59,561 bases of DNA. Origin: Terriglobia bacterium. Its GTDB lineage: Bacteria; Acidobacteriota; Terriglobia; UBA7540. Where the stretch lies: NCBI GenBank assembly GCA_035532595.1, contig DATKQU010000209.1, positions 1 through 59,561 on the forward strand, read 5' to 3'. This document shows positions 20,026 to 30,311 of this stretch, one piece after another (position 1 is the stretch's first letter; each line of letters begins with the position of its first letter). The notes under the pieces were generated by a model. The model made no database searches, was not told the DNA's origin, and saw only the letters and a list, made by a program, of their open reading frames with translations. The position numbers were made by a program, and so were the translations under genes.

Positions 20026-20288
20026 CCGCACCGAGTTTCCGGGTGGGTTAGAAGCCCGCAGGTTCCGGCAAAACGTGCCGAAGAGGTTTGCTCTTCAAAT
20101 GTGTGGGGGGAAGACTTATAATATAAAAGATGGAAAGTTTCCTGATCTTTCTTCTCTTCATGGTTGTCTGGTTCGTGGTGCTGCCGCGAATACCGGGTGT
20201 CTCCCGGTTTACGTGAGCAACGAACCCCCGTCCCGGGTCGGGACCCAACTGCGCACCGGACAAACAGAAAAAGGGATGACGGAGTCCG

Positions 20289-20483
20289 ATGCCGATCTTC
20301 GAATACGCCTGCCATAAGTGTGGAAAAGTCTTTGAAAAATTAGTTCTGGGAAAAAAGCCGGAGGTGACCAAGTGTCCGCACTGCGGCTCACCCCGGACCG
20401 AACAGCAATTCTCCTCTTTCGCCACCTCCGGTGCGTCCGCCAAGCCGGGCGGTGGTGGCTGCTCCAGTGGCAGATTTACTTGA
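20289..20483 (+). CDS. FmdB-family zinc-ribbon protein
   Basis: MPIFEYACHKCGKVFE...CPHCGS signature. Confidence 0.8.
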   Translation: MPIFEYACHKCGKVFEKLVLGKKPEVTKCPHCGSPRTEQQFSSFATSGASAKPGGGGCSSGRFT

Positions 20484-20968
20484 GCGAGGTGATCGGAGAG
20501 CTGGAGGCTTCTCCGCGACCGCCCTTGCGCAAGGAATTTAGATCTTAGCAAGAAATTCCAGATTGCAATCCTCTTAAAATGATTGTGCCGGGCCATCCGT
20601 TTGCCCAATAAGGTTCCCCATGACCGGGTCACGCCTTCCGGGACTGCGCCCTCGATTTCCACTTCCATCCAACCAGCCGCTGAATCTGCCTTATTGAATC
20701 ACCTCTACAGGGCTTCCCCCCGTTCATTCCCTGCCGCGTTGCCCTCCGGCAAGCTCCCGTCGCAGCATCCTCGCCACGATCCTGCATCTCGGCACACGCC
20801 ACGTCGAACGATTCTGTTTCGTGTGACTTGCCACGCCTAAAACAGAAAATGCTTCCCTTCAGGTATCCAATTGTGAGATCATACACAATTTCCCAGAGGT
20901 AAAGATCGATAATGTCGAACCACGCTTCATTTCCACGGCTCGGTGGAAGCTCTAACTGACACCTACCC

Positions 20969-23230
20969 ATGGAAGCCCAACCTCCACTTCAACCTAAAGG
21001 CTCCAAGCGTACTGTGACGCTGCCGCGGGTCATGGTGGCCACGACGGCGATGCTGACGTTTATTTCTTTCTGGCGCGCCGCGGCCATTGTCCTGAACGAC
21101 CTCGCGTCGTCGGCGTTCTACGCGGGCGGCATCGCGGAGCAGGCGATTGGACCCTCGGCGCCGTGGTTCATATTGGCGGTCATGCTGTTTGCATACGCGA
21201 TCGCCCAGATGTACGTGGAAAGCTGCAGCATGTTTGTGCGGGGCGGCGTGTACCGAGTGGTCAAGGAGGCCATGGGCGGCACTTTGGCCAAATTTTCGGT
21301 CTCAGCCCTGATGTTCGATTACATCCTCACCGGACCGATCAGCGGCGTCTCCGCCGGGCAGTATTTAGTGGGTTTCATCAACGAGCTCTTCCAACACGCC
21401 CACCTGCACCTGGCGTTGCCGACCAATTCCACGTCGGCGATCTTCGCGGCGCTCGTGACGATTTATTTCTGGTGGGAAAACGTTAAAGGCATCGAGGAAT
21501 CCAGCGAAAAAGCGGCTCGGATTATGCAGTTCACCACCGCCCTGGTGCTCCTGATGATCGGCTGGTGCGGATACACCCTTTGGGTCAGGGGTGGCCACCT
21601 TCCGCCAGCTCCCATACCTTCCAACCTGCATTTTTCCGTCGATGCCGAGGGGTGGTTACGGTCCAGCCGCCTGCCGGAGATTATCGGTCTTGTCGGCATT
21701 CTCGTAGCCTTCGGACATTCAGTACTGGCGATGAGCGGCCTTGAAACCCTTGCCCAGGTCTATCGAGAAATCGAGCATCCCAAGTTGCCGAATCTCAAGA
21801 AGACCGCTTTTATTATTTTCGTTTACAGCATGGTTTTCACCTCGCTGGTTTCGTTTTTCGCCTTCATGATCATTCCCAATGCTCAGACGAGGCTCAGCTA
21901 CAAGGACAACCTGATCGCGGGTTTGGCGATGAACGTGACGGGGCCGTTGATGCTTCGGCTGCTGTTCCACGGATTCGTGGTTGTGGTGGGAATCATGATC
22001 CTTGCGGGAGCCGTCAACACGGCCATCGTCGGTTCGAATGGAGTGCTGAATCGCGTTTCCGAAGACGGAGTCCTGGCCGACTGGTTTAGGCGTCCCCACC
22101 CGCGCTTCGGAACATCCTACCGGATCATCAACCTGGTCGCAATACTCCAACTGCTGACGATTTTCCTCAGCCGCGGGAACGTCATTCTCCTGGGCGAAGC
22201 TTACGCCTTCGGCGTCATCTGGAGTTTTGCCATGAAGGGCCTTGCCGTTTTGGTTCTTCGCTTCACCGAACCTGGACCGCGCGAGTTCCGCGTTCCCTTG
22301 AACCTGAAGCTGATCCGGCTGGAAATTCCTCTGGGGTTGGTGCTGATTACGCTGACTCTGTTTGCAACCGCGATCATCAATCTGTTCACCAAGGAAATTG
22401 CCACCGTTTCCGGGGTCACCTTCACGTTACTCTTTTATACTCTATTCACCGTCTCTGAAAAACATGCACAACGAAGGGCACAGCGCGCTGATCTCGACCA
22501 GTTCAATCTGGAACCTAGCGAAGAAATCACGACCGTGGCGGTCGGCTCCAGAGCCGGCAATATCCTGGTTCCGATCCCTGACTACTACAAGCTTTACCAT
22601 CTAGCCTCCGTTCTGGAGCATGTGGACATCGAACGGCAGGATGTGGTGGTTCTTCACATTCGCGCCCTGCTGCGGGCCGGTTCCGGCGAACACGGTCTGG
22701 CCCCGGAACAACTCTTTACGGTCAACGAGCAGGAACTTTTTACCCGCGCGCTCGCATTGTCGGAAAAATACGGCAAATCCGTGAAACTGGCGGTCATCGC
22801 CGCTACCGATACTTGGGACGGAATGTTGCGCGCGGCTCAGAACCTTCAGTCGGCGGCGATGGTTCTCGGATCGTCCTCAAAAATGTCTGCGGCGGAAGAA
22901 GCGCGCCGGGCCGGGCTGGCGTGGGAAAAGCTGTCTGAACCCAAGCCCCAATTGACCGTCGAGGTTTACACGCCGCGCGGGCAGGAAGACGTCTTCTATC
23001 TGGGCCCGCACGCCCCTCATCTGACTCCGAAGGAAATCGACCTCCTTCACAAGATTTGGCTTGAGTGCAGCGCCCGCTTGGAGCCGGAGGAAATCCACCA
23101 CCACGACATCATCCATTTTGCACTGACCGAGATGCAACGCAAACTTTGTGACCCGGAGGATGCCGAAGTTCTGGAGCGCCTCAAGCGACACATTGAGGAA
23201 ATCAGGTCCCGCCGGATGCCACATCTATAA
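20969..23230 (+). CDS. APC-superfamily permease with a C-terminal USP-like cytoplasmic domain
   Basis: About 12 TM segments over the first roughly 500 aa, followed by a soluble roughly 250-aa tail (VVVLHIRALL...AVIAATD...VLGSS). Confidence 0.85.
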   Translation: MEAQPPLQPKGSKRTVTLPRVMVATTAMLTFISFWRAAAIVLNDLASSAFYAGGIAEQAIGPSAPWFILAVMLFAYAIAQMYVESCSMFVRGGVYRVVKEAMGGTLAKFSVSALMFDYILTGPISGVSAGQYLVGFINELFQHAHLHLALPTNSTSAIFAALVTIYFWWENVKGIEESSEKAARIMQFTTALVLLMIGWCGYTLWVRGGHLPPAPIPSNLHFSVDAEGWLRSSRLPEIIGLVGILVAFGHSVLAMSGLETLAQVYREIEHPKLPNLKKTAFIIFVYSMVFTSLVSFFAFMIIPNAQTRLSYKDNLIAGLAMNVTGPLMLRLLFHGFVVVVGIMILAGAVNTAIVGSNGVLNRVSEDGVLADWFRRPHPRFGTSYRIINLVAILQLLTIFLSRGNVILLGEAYAFGVIWSFAMKGLAVLVLRFTEPGPREFRVPLNLKLIRLEIPLGLVLITLTLFATAIINLFTKEIATVSGVTFTLLFYTLFTVSEKHAQRRAQRADLDQFNLEPSEEITTVAVGSRAGNILVPIPDYYKLYHLASVLEHVDIERQDVVVLHIRALLRAGSGEHGLAPEQLFTVNEQELFTRALALSEKYGKSVKLAVIAATDTWDGMLRAAQNLQSAAMVLGSSSKMSAAEEARRAGLAWEKLSEPKPQLTVEVYTPRGQEDVFYLGPHAPHLTPKEIDLLHKIWLECSARLEPEEIHHHDIIHFALTEMQRKLCDPEDAEVLERLKRHIEEIRSRRMPHL

Positions 23231-23308
23231 AGCGTCACCCCTGAAACTTCCTGGGGGGCGGACGTTCTATCCGTACGCTCGTCCCGCCCTGTTCCAGCGG
23301 ATAACCTC

Positions 23309-24748
23309 TCAGCGGGTGTTGCTCGGACTTTCGAAGTCCGCGATGCCTAAACGCACAATGGTATGGTGGGCAGGGCCCCCATCCCGGCGACTGCCGGAGC
23401 GTGGCCGCTCCTCGGCCCAGACCCCGTAGACCCTTCCGTGGTAGGCTGCAATCCCTGTGTAATCTCCCAAGAAATCCTGATCTGGATCAAATTCCTTACG
23501 CGTCCAGGCATAATTCTGAAAGGTTTTGCCGTCGTCCGTGGAACGGGCAAGAACTATGAAAGTCTTCCGATTGGCAGGGTCCCGGCGCCGGTCGTAGAAA
23601 ACAAGATTGGCCGCGCCTGATACGGGATCAACGGCCAGCCACTGGAAAAACTGATCGGCGCCATTGTGAAGGGGATCCGAGTTGACGCGAACCTCGGGAG
23701 TCCACGTCAGTCCCCGGTCTCGCGAAGTTGAACAGAAGATGTCCACGTCGCCGTTGCGGTAGTCGCTCCACGCCAAGTACAGGATGCCCGCCCCGTTTCC
23801 CCCGTGGGGATCGATCGAAATCACCGGAAACCCGTCCGTCCGGTCCACGCCGGTGATGTGGAAGTACGGCGGGGCAATATCGACGATGGCGCGCGAGGGA
23901 GCAAAGCTGTGACCGCCGTCCGGCGAGGTGGTAAAAACAATGTGGGAGCCGTCAGCCCACACCGCGTAGACCGTGCCATCCGGGCCGACCGCCCCCGTAA
24001 ATCCCTCGACCGCGCCATTATCATCCCGCGGCAGTCCCGCTTGCGTGCTGATGCGTAGAGGCCCGGACCAGGTTGCGCCATCATCTTCAGAACGCGAGAA
24101 CAAAATGATGGATTGAGTCAGGCTGAACTCTGTCCAGCCCACATAGAGACGGCCCGCGTAAGGCCCCCGGGTGTTGTCGGCCACGATGTAGGGCTTGTCT
24201 TCAAAGGGAATGCCAGGCCGCGTCGGGTGCTCGATCACCGGAACGTCTTCGCGCTGCCAGGTCTTGCCCCCATCCGGCGACCGGCGCACAAAGATTCCGT
24301 TGCGAGTGGCATTATGCCCCCAGTAATTTTCGGTTCCGAGTTTGTCGAATGCGATATAACAAAGGAAAGCGTGGCCACGATTATCGTAGGCAACCGACAC
24401 GTCCCCGGAAACCGCGTAGTTGCGGGGCTCGGTTCCGGAGGCCAATTCCCAGTGCTCCCCCAAGTCGCGCGAATAGGCAATCCGAGCTCCGGTCTGGAAT
24501 GCCGCTACCAATTCCTGGGGCTCGCGGGGATTCACCGCAATCGAGGGTTCGTTGAAATACCCAGCGTGATGAGTAAGGTTGATAACCTTCGCGCCGGGAG
24601 GGCCCAGCAGCGCCGGACTTTGCCCACGCAGCGACAGGGCACAAACACCCAGCACGCAGAGCAAAATAACCCGGAGCGCACAACCCCAATAGATCCTAGA
24701 TTGCCTAATATGCCGAGCGCTGCGTTTCCAAAAAATCGGGAGGGACAT
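23309..24748 (-). CDS. BNR/Asp-box repeat exo-alpha-sialidase-like glycosidase, exported
   Basis: Asp-boxes SRDLGEHW, SPDGGKTW, SEDDGATW, SPDGGHSF, SRDRGLTW, STDDGKTF. N-terminal signal or anchor. Confidence 0.8.
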   Translation of the reverse strand: MSLPIFWKRSARHIRQSRIYWGCALRVILLCVLGVCALSLRGQSPALLGPPGAKVINLTHHAGYFNEPSIAVNPREPQELVAAFQTGARIAYSRDLGEHWELASGTEPRNYAVSGDVSVAYDNRGHAFLCYIAFDKLGTENYWGHNATRNGIFVRRSPDGGKTWQREDVPVIEHPTRPGIPFEDKPYIVADNTRGPYAGRLYVGWTEFSLTQSIILFSRSEDDGATWSGPLRISTQAGLPRDDNGAVEGFTGAVGPDGTVYAVWADGSHIVFTTSPDGGHSFAPSRAIVDIAPPYFHITGVDRTDGFPVISIDPHGGNGAGILYLAWSDYRNGDVDIFCSTSRDRGLTWTPEVRVNSDPLHNGADQFFQWLAVDPVSGAANLVFYDRRRDPANRKTFIVLARSTDDGKTFQNYAWTRKEFDPDQDFLGDYTGIAAYHGRVYGVWAEERPRSGSRRDGGPAHHTIVRLGIADFESPSNTR

Positions 24749-24941
24749 AGCACCACGCCTTAGTTTCCTGCGATAGGTGGAAGCAGGCCGTTACAATGTA
24801 AGGCCCCGGTTTCTTCCTCTGGCCTGCATTGTTCATGGCATGACTGGGATTCGCGAAGGGGCGCGACCGAAAGTCGTGCCCCTTCGCGCTCCGCAGCGGT
24901 CAATTCATAAATAAACCGGAAGAGTGTCAATGGCCGTTGAG

Positions 24942-26837
24942 TCATCGGGACGCAAGGGGCTTCAGTATTTGATCGAGGAGGTCCCGCCGGCCGGATTCCC
25001 GCACCACGTGTGGGTACCTCTCGCCTCCGTGGTAATCGACATCGTACGTCTTGTAGTAGTCGTCGTTAAGAACCAGCAACCGGAGCGGCTGGGAGGTATC
25101 TTTGCCGGCCTTCAGGGCGGCGCGAAGCACTTCCGGCGTAAAGCTGCGCCCGTTGACCGCCACAAGCTTCATCCCGGGAGCAATGCCCGCCTTATATGCT
25201 GGCATCGTCACGATGGAATCTTCAATCGTGCCGTCGTCTTTCAGCAGAAGACCGATGGAATAGGCCGCGTTCATCGAATCGTGAACTTGCTCTGAAGCTT
25301 TCAGCAGCGGAGGCTCCACATCTGTGTAAACAACCTTCCAGCCGCTGGCTTCGATCCCGCCCAAAGGAGCTTCCGAAGATGTTGAGTCAAGACGCTTGTG
25401 AAAGAAGTCCGCCCAGGGGTAAGGCGCAATTTGATTTAAAACATCGACCAGTTCTTGGAAAGTATACGGCTTCAACTGCGGCCCTTTGTTCGGCCCTCCG
25501 TAAAACAGGCGGCAGAAATCGTCCAGGGATTTCTTTCCGTGGGTCTGCTGGTTAATGATCATGTTGACTTCCAGCCATAACAAGACGCCTTCGTCGTAAA
25601 AATCCACGCCCCGCCGCCAGTTCGTCCACTCCGCAGGAGCGAAATAAAGGCTCTGAGCTGCGTCGGTGGTATCTTGAAGCGGGCGCCAAGTGCGACCAGG
25701 GCGTCCGGGGCCAAGGGCAGCAGATGTCAAGGCGAGAGATTGGCGATATTGCTCGGGGGTCCACAAGCCGCTGCGGGCCGCCAGAAGATCGCCAAGGTAT
25801 TCTGTTAAGCCTTCGTATACCCAAAGCATGTCCGTCTTCATCGGAGCTTCGTAATAGGGAGGGCTTAGATCCTTGGGTCGCCGGAATTTGCCATTCCAGG
25901 AATGTACGAATTCGTGCGGCAGCAGAAAGGCCATCAGCTCGCGCTGCTGTGGGTCGATGAGAGAAACTTCATTAACCCGGCTGTCGTCCGATTCGTGATG
26001 TTCCAGACCGAATTGCGCGACATGATTGCTCAGGGTTAACAGGAAGTGATAATCACGATAGTGGCGCGCCCCAAACAACTTCCCTGTCTCGGCCACCAGG
26101 TTGGTGTAATCCTGTTGGAGAGCGGGGCTCATATCCAGCGCTGCTTCGCTGTCCGCGGCCATGTCAATCTCGTGATGGATCGGTTCCCCGGGCGGCGTCA
26201 CGTCAACCACCCGAAAATATTGACCGCTGATCACGGGGGAATCGACCAGGCGATTTAACGAGGCCGGCCGGAATTCCACGACATCGCCATTCTGATTGGC
26301 CACCGGAAGTGCGGTGCCGAACTTCCAGCCGGCGGGAAGTTTCAGCGTGGCCTTGTAGACGAGATCCTCGGCTAGATGCCCGGCGGGATAGAGCAGGTTC
26401 TGATTCCAACTGATCACCGCCAGCTTTTCCGTGGTCGATGCGCCGGCGGTAAATCCTGAGGTGGCACTGGGCTCAACGTAATCGAATGAAACCTCCAGCG
26501 TTCTAACCCCCGCCGGAACGTTGACGTGGAAGGCAAACATATCTAAAAGGTCGCGGCGCCATGGAATGGTCTGCCCATCGGCGCTCAGTTTCAGGCCAGT
26601 CAAGTCCACAATCGGCCCGTCCGGAGCGTGCTCTCCCGGAATCCATTTGGGATAGCAGAGCGTCAAGGGACCCGGCGAGACAGGCATGGACATTCGTGAA
26701 TGGATAATGTTCTGAGGCGCCTGAGTGGCATCGACCTCCAGATTGATGATTGGGGCGGTCTGGGCCTGCAGGCTGAGAACGGTAAACGCAAAAGGCATTA
26801 TGAAAAACAGACAAATTCGAGATCGCAATCTTGTCAT
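24942..26837 (-). CDS. M61 family glycyl aminopeptidase with a C-terminal PDZ domain, exported
   Basis: Start moved to MTRLRSRICLFFIMPFAFTVLSLQAQ. Zinc motif HEFVHSWNGK. PDZ-like GIAPGMKLVAVNG. Confidence 0.85.
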   Translation of the reverse strand: MTRLRSRICLFFIMPFAFTVLSLQAQTAPIINLEVDATQAPQNIIHSRMSMPVSPGPLTLCYPKWIPGEHAPDGPIVDLTGLKLSADGQTIPWRRDLLDMFAFHVNVPAGVRTLEVSFDYVEPSATSGFTAGASTTEKLAVISWNQNLLYPAGHLAEDLVYKATLKLPAGWKFGTALPVANQNGDVVEFRPASLNRLVDSPVISGQYFRVVDVTPPGEPIHHEIDMAADSEAALDMSPALQQDYTNLVAETGKLFGARHYRDYHFLLTLSNHVAQFGLEHHESDDSRVNEVSLIDPQQRELMAFLLPHEFVHSWNGKFRRPKDLSPPYYEAPMKTDMLWVYEGLTEYLGDLLAARSGLWTPEQYRQSLALTSAALGPGRPGRTWRPLQDTTDAAQSLYFAPAEWTNWRRGVDFYDEGVLLWLEVNMIINQQTHGKKSLDDFCRLFYGGPNKGPQLKPYTFQELVDVLNQIAPYPWADFFHKRLDSTSSEAPLGGIEASGWKVVYTDVEPPLLKASEQVHDSMNAAYSIGLLLKDDGTIEDSIVTMPAYKAGIAPGMKLVAVNGRSFTPEVLRAALKAGKDTSQPLRLLVLNDDYYKTYDVDYHGGERYPHVVRESGRRDLLDQILKPLASR

Positions 26838-27150
26838 TATGAAACCCCTCAACTCGATGATGCTTTTGGGGTACGCCGTCACCCTAAGGTTCAATTCCCA
26901 AAGTGAATCGCCTTCGGATTCCTAACGTACCCTTCATGACAAACGAAAGGGAATACGCGGCGGGAAAGTCCCCTCACAAATCCTATAATCATAGCGCGGT
27001 TCAGGCCCGGCGTCCAAGTGTGCCCGAGCGCTTTCGCGACGCCGGCCGGCTCCCTATAAACGCCTCGGTGATGCGACCGATACTCCTTTAACTTGGCTCT
27101 TGGCCGGTATGCTTTGGCGCCAAACCGCGCTCCTCCCCCGCGCCGCGACA

Positions 27151-29100
27151 TCACTTAGTCGGATCGGTAATGGGGCGTGGATTGAAGTCGGGAGGAATGG
27201 AATTCGCAATCTTGAGCTGGCGGTCGGTGGTGACAATCCCCAGCGCCTTGCAGCCATAGCCGCTTTCTTCGGGCAAAAGAATAATTAACGATTCGGGTAT
27301 TTTTACATAGCTAGCGGGCAAGGGCTCCGCTTGTCCAAGAAGACGCAACGGGCTGAAAGCCTCGGTCAGGTTAGTGACCCCGGGGGTGAGCGCGTCTTCG
27401 GGACCCAGATTCTTCTCTCCGAACCTTTTTTCCCCCAAGCGCCGCCCGCGCTCTTCATCCGGCAAGAGCGCCAGCGGCGGCAGGTCAAAGACCGCATCGA
27501 TCAGCTTGACCACCGAGGCATGGTTTCCCTCGGCGTGGGCGACAAAGTGGGTGCGGGCAAATGGAGAAATCAGGATGAGCGGAACGCGCGGGCCATTGCT
27601 GATCGGAGAGCCATCCGGCCCCTTGGCAAGGATGGGCGGCGGCACATGGTCGTAATCGCCTTCCGAATCGTCCCACGTAACGATAATCGCACTTTCCATC
27701 CAATAGGGGCTGGCGGCTATTTTGTTAATGGCCTCGGCCACCATAGCTTCGCTGATCTGTGCGTCGGAATAGGCCGGATGATCGTCATCTCCCAAAAAAT
27801 TCTTCTGTACCGCGGGATCGGGATCAGCGGGATTAAGGTGAAGCAAATTCCGAAGGCCGCCCTTCACAAAGAAAACACCGCCGCCCGTGGGAAGACTTTT
27901 CTGCTTGAGGACATCGAAGAAGTTCTGGAGCCCGTGCAGTTGCCGGCGCATCTGCGGATTGTTCGCGATGTACCCGAAGTATTGCGGACCGTTGTGGTGC
28001 GTAATATAGGAGGCGTGGAAACCGTTCGCATCGAGAGGGCCGTCATCGGGGTCCGCGGGCCCTCCGTCATAGCCTTCCTGATACCACCCGAAAGCGATGG
28101 GAGACTGGTCCCGGCTGGTGATGAAAGCAACGTCGTGCTGAACGTCGGCCAGGTCACGGCGCGGGTTCTTGTCCTGCCGGGTGACAGTGTTAAGCTGGTG
28201 CCCTTGAAGGGTGAGAAGGAGCGAAGCAAAGGTCAAGTTGATTGCCACCGGGAGTTTTGGTCCGTAAGTAAAGTCCCACCGGTTGATTGGCATCTTTTCG
28301 GCAGTCGGAGTTGGGTCTAAGGGCGAACCCCAAAATGGGTTGTTGTCATTCAAAACGGGTACGCCGGGAGAGTACGCTCCGTTGTCTTTATAAGCTTCAT
28401 CGGGGTGCAGTGCCCATTGGGTTTGGCCCGTCTGTGCCGCAATGATGGCAAGGTTCCCAAGCGTAGAGGGCCCGGTCATCTCCTGGAAGATGTGATCGAA
28501 CAGCACGAAACGGCTGGCATACCGCCAGAGGAGTGGAACGGTATCGCAATCCTCGTAGGCCATCGCCAACTCACCCATCTGTTTTGCCTTGAGTGAAGGG
28601 TTGCCAGGCCCCATGAATTTCTGTTCTTCAGCGAGGGCGAATCGATCCATCCTGGGAACTCCACTTTCGATGTGCATCTTCGCAACAATCATAGGATGCG
28701 AATGATCGACGTCGTCGGTGTCAGCCGCAAAGTGCTTCGTCCCGATGCGAAAAGGATGAATCGTTCCGGTTGACCCGTCAGCGTTCATCAAAGGCTGATA
28801 AAATCCTGGCGTGTCTTCAGGCTTGTGGCTGAACATCCCTTCGGCGCCCGGAAACGTGCCAAAGTACGAATCGAAGGACCGGTTCTCCTGGTAGATGACG
28901 AAAATATACTTGATCTTCTGCCGCAACAGCTTGGTCATTTGCTGCGGCGAGAGATGGGGTTCCTTCAATGACGCTATTTGATATCTTTCGACACCCTGCT
29001 GCTTGGGATTGGATTCCTTCTTTGGCTGGCATCCCGTAAACAGCAAGCCCATTAGGCCGACGAGCGCCATACGGGTAATTGAAAAAGAGAGTCGGTTCAT
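27151..29100 (-). CDS. Phosphoesterase-family protein (phospholipase C / AcpA-like)
   Basis: IKYIFVIYQENRSFDSYFGTFPGAEG signature. Lipoprotein-like N-terminus (LLFTGC). Confidence 0.85.
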   Translation of the reverse strand: MNRLSFSITRMALVGLMGLLFTGCQPKKESNPKQQGVERYQIASLKEPHLSPQQMTKLLRQKIKYIFVIYQENRSFDSYFGTFPGAEGMFSHKPEDTPGFYQPLMNADGSTGTIHPFRIGTKHFAADTDDVDHSHPMIVAKMHIESGVPRMDRFALAEEQKFMGPGNPSLKAKQMGELAMAYEDCDTVPLLWRYASRFVLFDHIFQEMTGPSTLGNLAIIAAQTGQTQWALHPDEAYKDNGAYSPGVPVLNDNNPFWGSPLDPTPTAEKMPINRWDFTYGPKLPVAINLTFASLLLTLQGHQLNTVTRQDKNPRRDLADVQHDVAFITSRDQSPIAFGWYQEGYDGGPADPDDGPLDANGFHASYITHHNGPQYFGYIANNPQMRRQLHGLQNFFDVLKQKSLPTGGGVFFVKGGLRNLLHLNPADPDPAVQKNFLGDDDHPAYSDAQISEAMVAEAINKIAASPYWMESAIIVTWDDSEGDYDHVPPPILAKGPDGSPISNGPRVPLILISPFARTHFVAHAEGNHASVVKLIDAVFDLPPLALLPDEERGRRLGEKRFGEKNLGPEDALTPGVTNLTEAFSPLRLLGQAEPLPASYVKIPESLIILLPEESGYGCKALGIVTTDRQLKIANSIPPDFNPRPITDPTK

Positions 29101-29297
29101 GGCCTCCCTAGTTTAATCCGAAACGGCTGTGGGAAGCACTCTCCCATCATGGCGGCGCGGAACGGTGCTTCCGGGCTTGCTTTACCGAACTGCCAGGTGC
29201 GAGCCGGACCGCCAGCATTGGCCGGCCCTGGAAAGCCGCCCAGCTTGAGCCGGCGTGCTTTTTCGTGGTATAAATGAGTCTGACAAGCAGTAGCAAT

Positions 29298-29464
29298 GAC
29301 CTTCGGGGCAGGGTGAGGGAAGAAAGGATTCTTCCCAATTCCCGATCGGCGGTAGAGCCCGCAAGGGGAAGAGGACGAGCAAGACTGCCGGATGGCAGAT
29401 GCCCGAATCCCCACGACCCGGTGAAACTCCGGGGCCGACGGTAAAGTCCGGATGGGAGAAGGTC
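29298..29464 (+). promoter_or_regulatory. FMN riboswitch (RFN element)
   Basis: P1 GACCTTC/GAAGGTC. Conserved GGGGCAGGGTGA...AATTCCCGATCGGCGGTAGAGCCCGC and GGTGAAACTCCGGGGCCGACGGTAAAGTCCGGATGGGAGAAGG. Lies upstream of ribE. Confidence 0.9.
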
Positions 29465-29726
29465 AGGGTCCCACGACCTCTGCGTTGCGGTCCATTGGCA
29501 GCCGCGGCGGAGTGTGGCCATGGGTATTGAGCGGTATCCCACCTTGCCCCGCGCGGGGAATTTCCCCCGATGATACTGAGATCCTGAACCCATTCCGATC
29601 CGTCGGGCTGATCTGCGGACCTTGAGCACGTCGCGGGCGGACCCCTCTCGAGCGCGCTTCAAAACACCGGGCGCGGCGAGGTGAGACCCGAATGCCAGCC
29701 GAAATTTCAGAGCAAGCGAGTGATTT

Positions 29727-30311
29727 GTGTTTAGCGGCATCGTAGAAGCAACTGGCATGGTTGTAGGGCTTGAGACCAAGCGGCAACAACGAGTCCTAAC
29801 CATCCGGAAGCCCTCGGGCTGGAAATTCCGGGAAGGAGAAAGCGTCTCGGTCGAAGGCGTGTGCTCAACGGTGCAGCAAACCAAGCGCGGCACGTTCCAG
29901 GTGACCTATATGCCTGAGACCCTGCGCAAATCGACTCTCGGCAGCTTGCGCCTCCACGACGAAGTCAACCTGGAACGCAGCCTCACGCTCAACACCCTGA
30001 TTGGCGGGCATCTCGTTCAGGGTCACGTGGACACCACGGGACGAATCCGAAAGATCAAGCCTGAAGGCGAGGCAAAAATTTACACCTTTGACGCTCCGGC
30101 GCGGTTTGCCCGCTACATTGTGCCCAAGGGTTCAATCGCCGTGGACGGCATCAGCCTCACGGTGGTCAATCCCCGGCGCAACACATTCGAAGTTTCCTTA
30201 CTGGCTTACACGCTCAGCCACACCACGCTGGGCAAGAAAGGCGTGGGCGATCGGGTCAACATCGAGGTTGACATGCTGGCGAAGTACATCGAAAGGCTGC
30301 TCGGAAAATGA
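29727..30311 (+). CDS. ribE: Riboflavin synthase
   Basis: GTG start, MFSGIVEATG N-terminus, two lumazine-binding repeats (second repeat GHLVQGHVD). Confidence 0.9.
   Translation: MFSGIVEATGMVVGLETKRQQRVLTIRKPSGWKFREGESVSVEGVCSTVQQTKRGTFQVTYMPETLRKSTLGSLRLHDEVNLERSLTLNTLIGGHLVQGHVDTTGRIRKIKPEGEAKIYTFDAPARFARYIVPKGSIAVDGISLTVVNPRRNTFEVSLLAYTLSHTTLGKKGVGDRVNIEVDMLAKYIERLLGK

Noticed and set aside
20048-20668. 206-aa minus-strand ORF spanning the UxaA to permease gap
   Set aside because: It overlaps the well-supported FmdB zinc-ribbon gene on the opposite strand and has no recognisable motifs.
29147-29893. 248-aa minus-strand ORF (and nested ORFs) upstream of ribE
   Set aside because: It runs antisense across the FMN riboswitch and the ribE 5' end. 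The composition is Arg/Ser/Pro-rich shadow-ORF-like.
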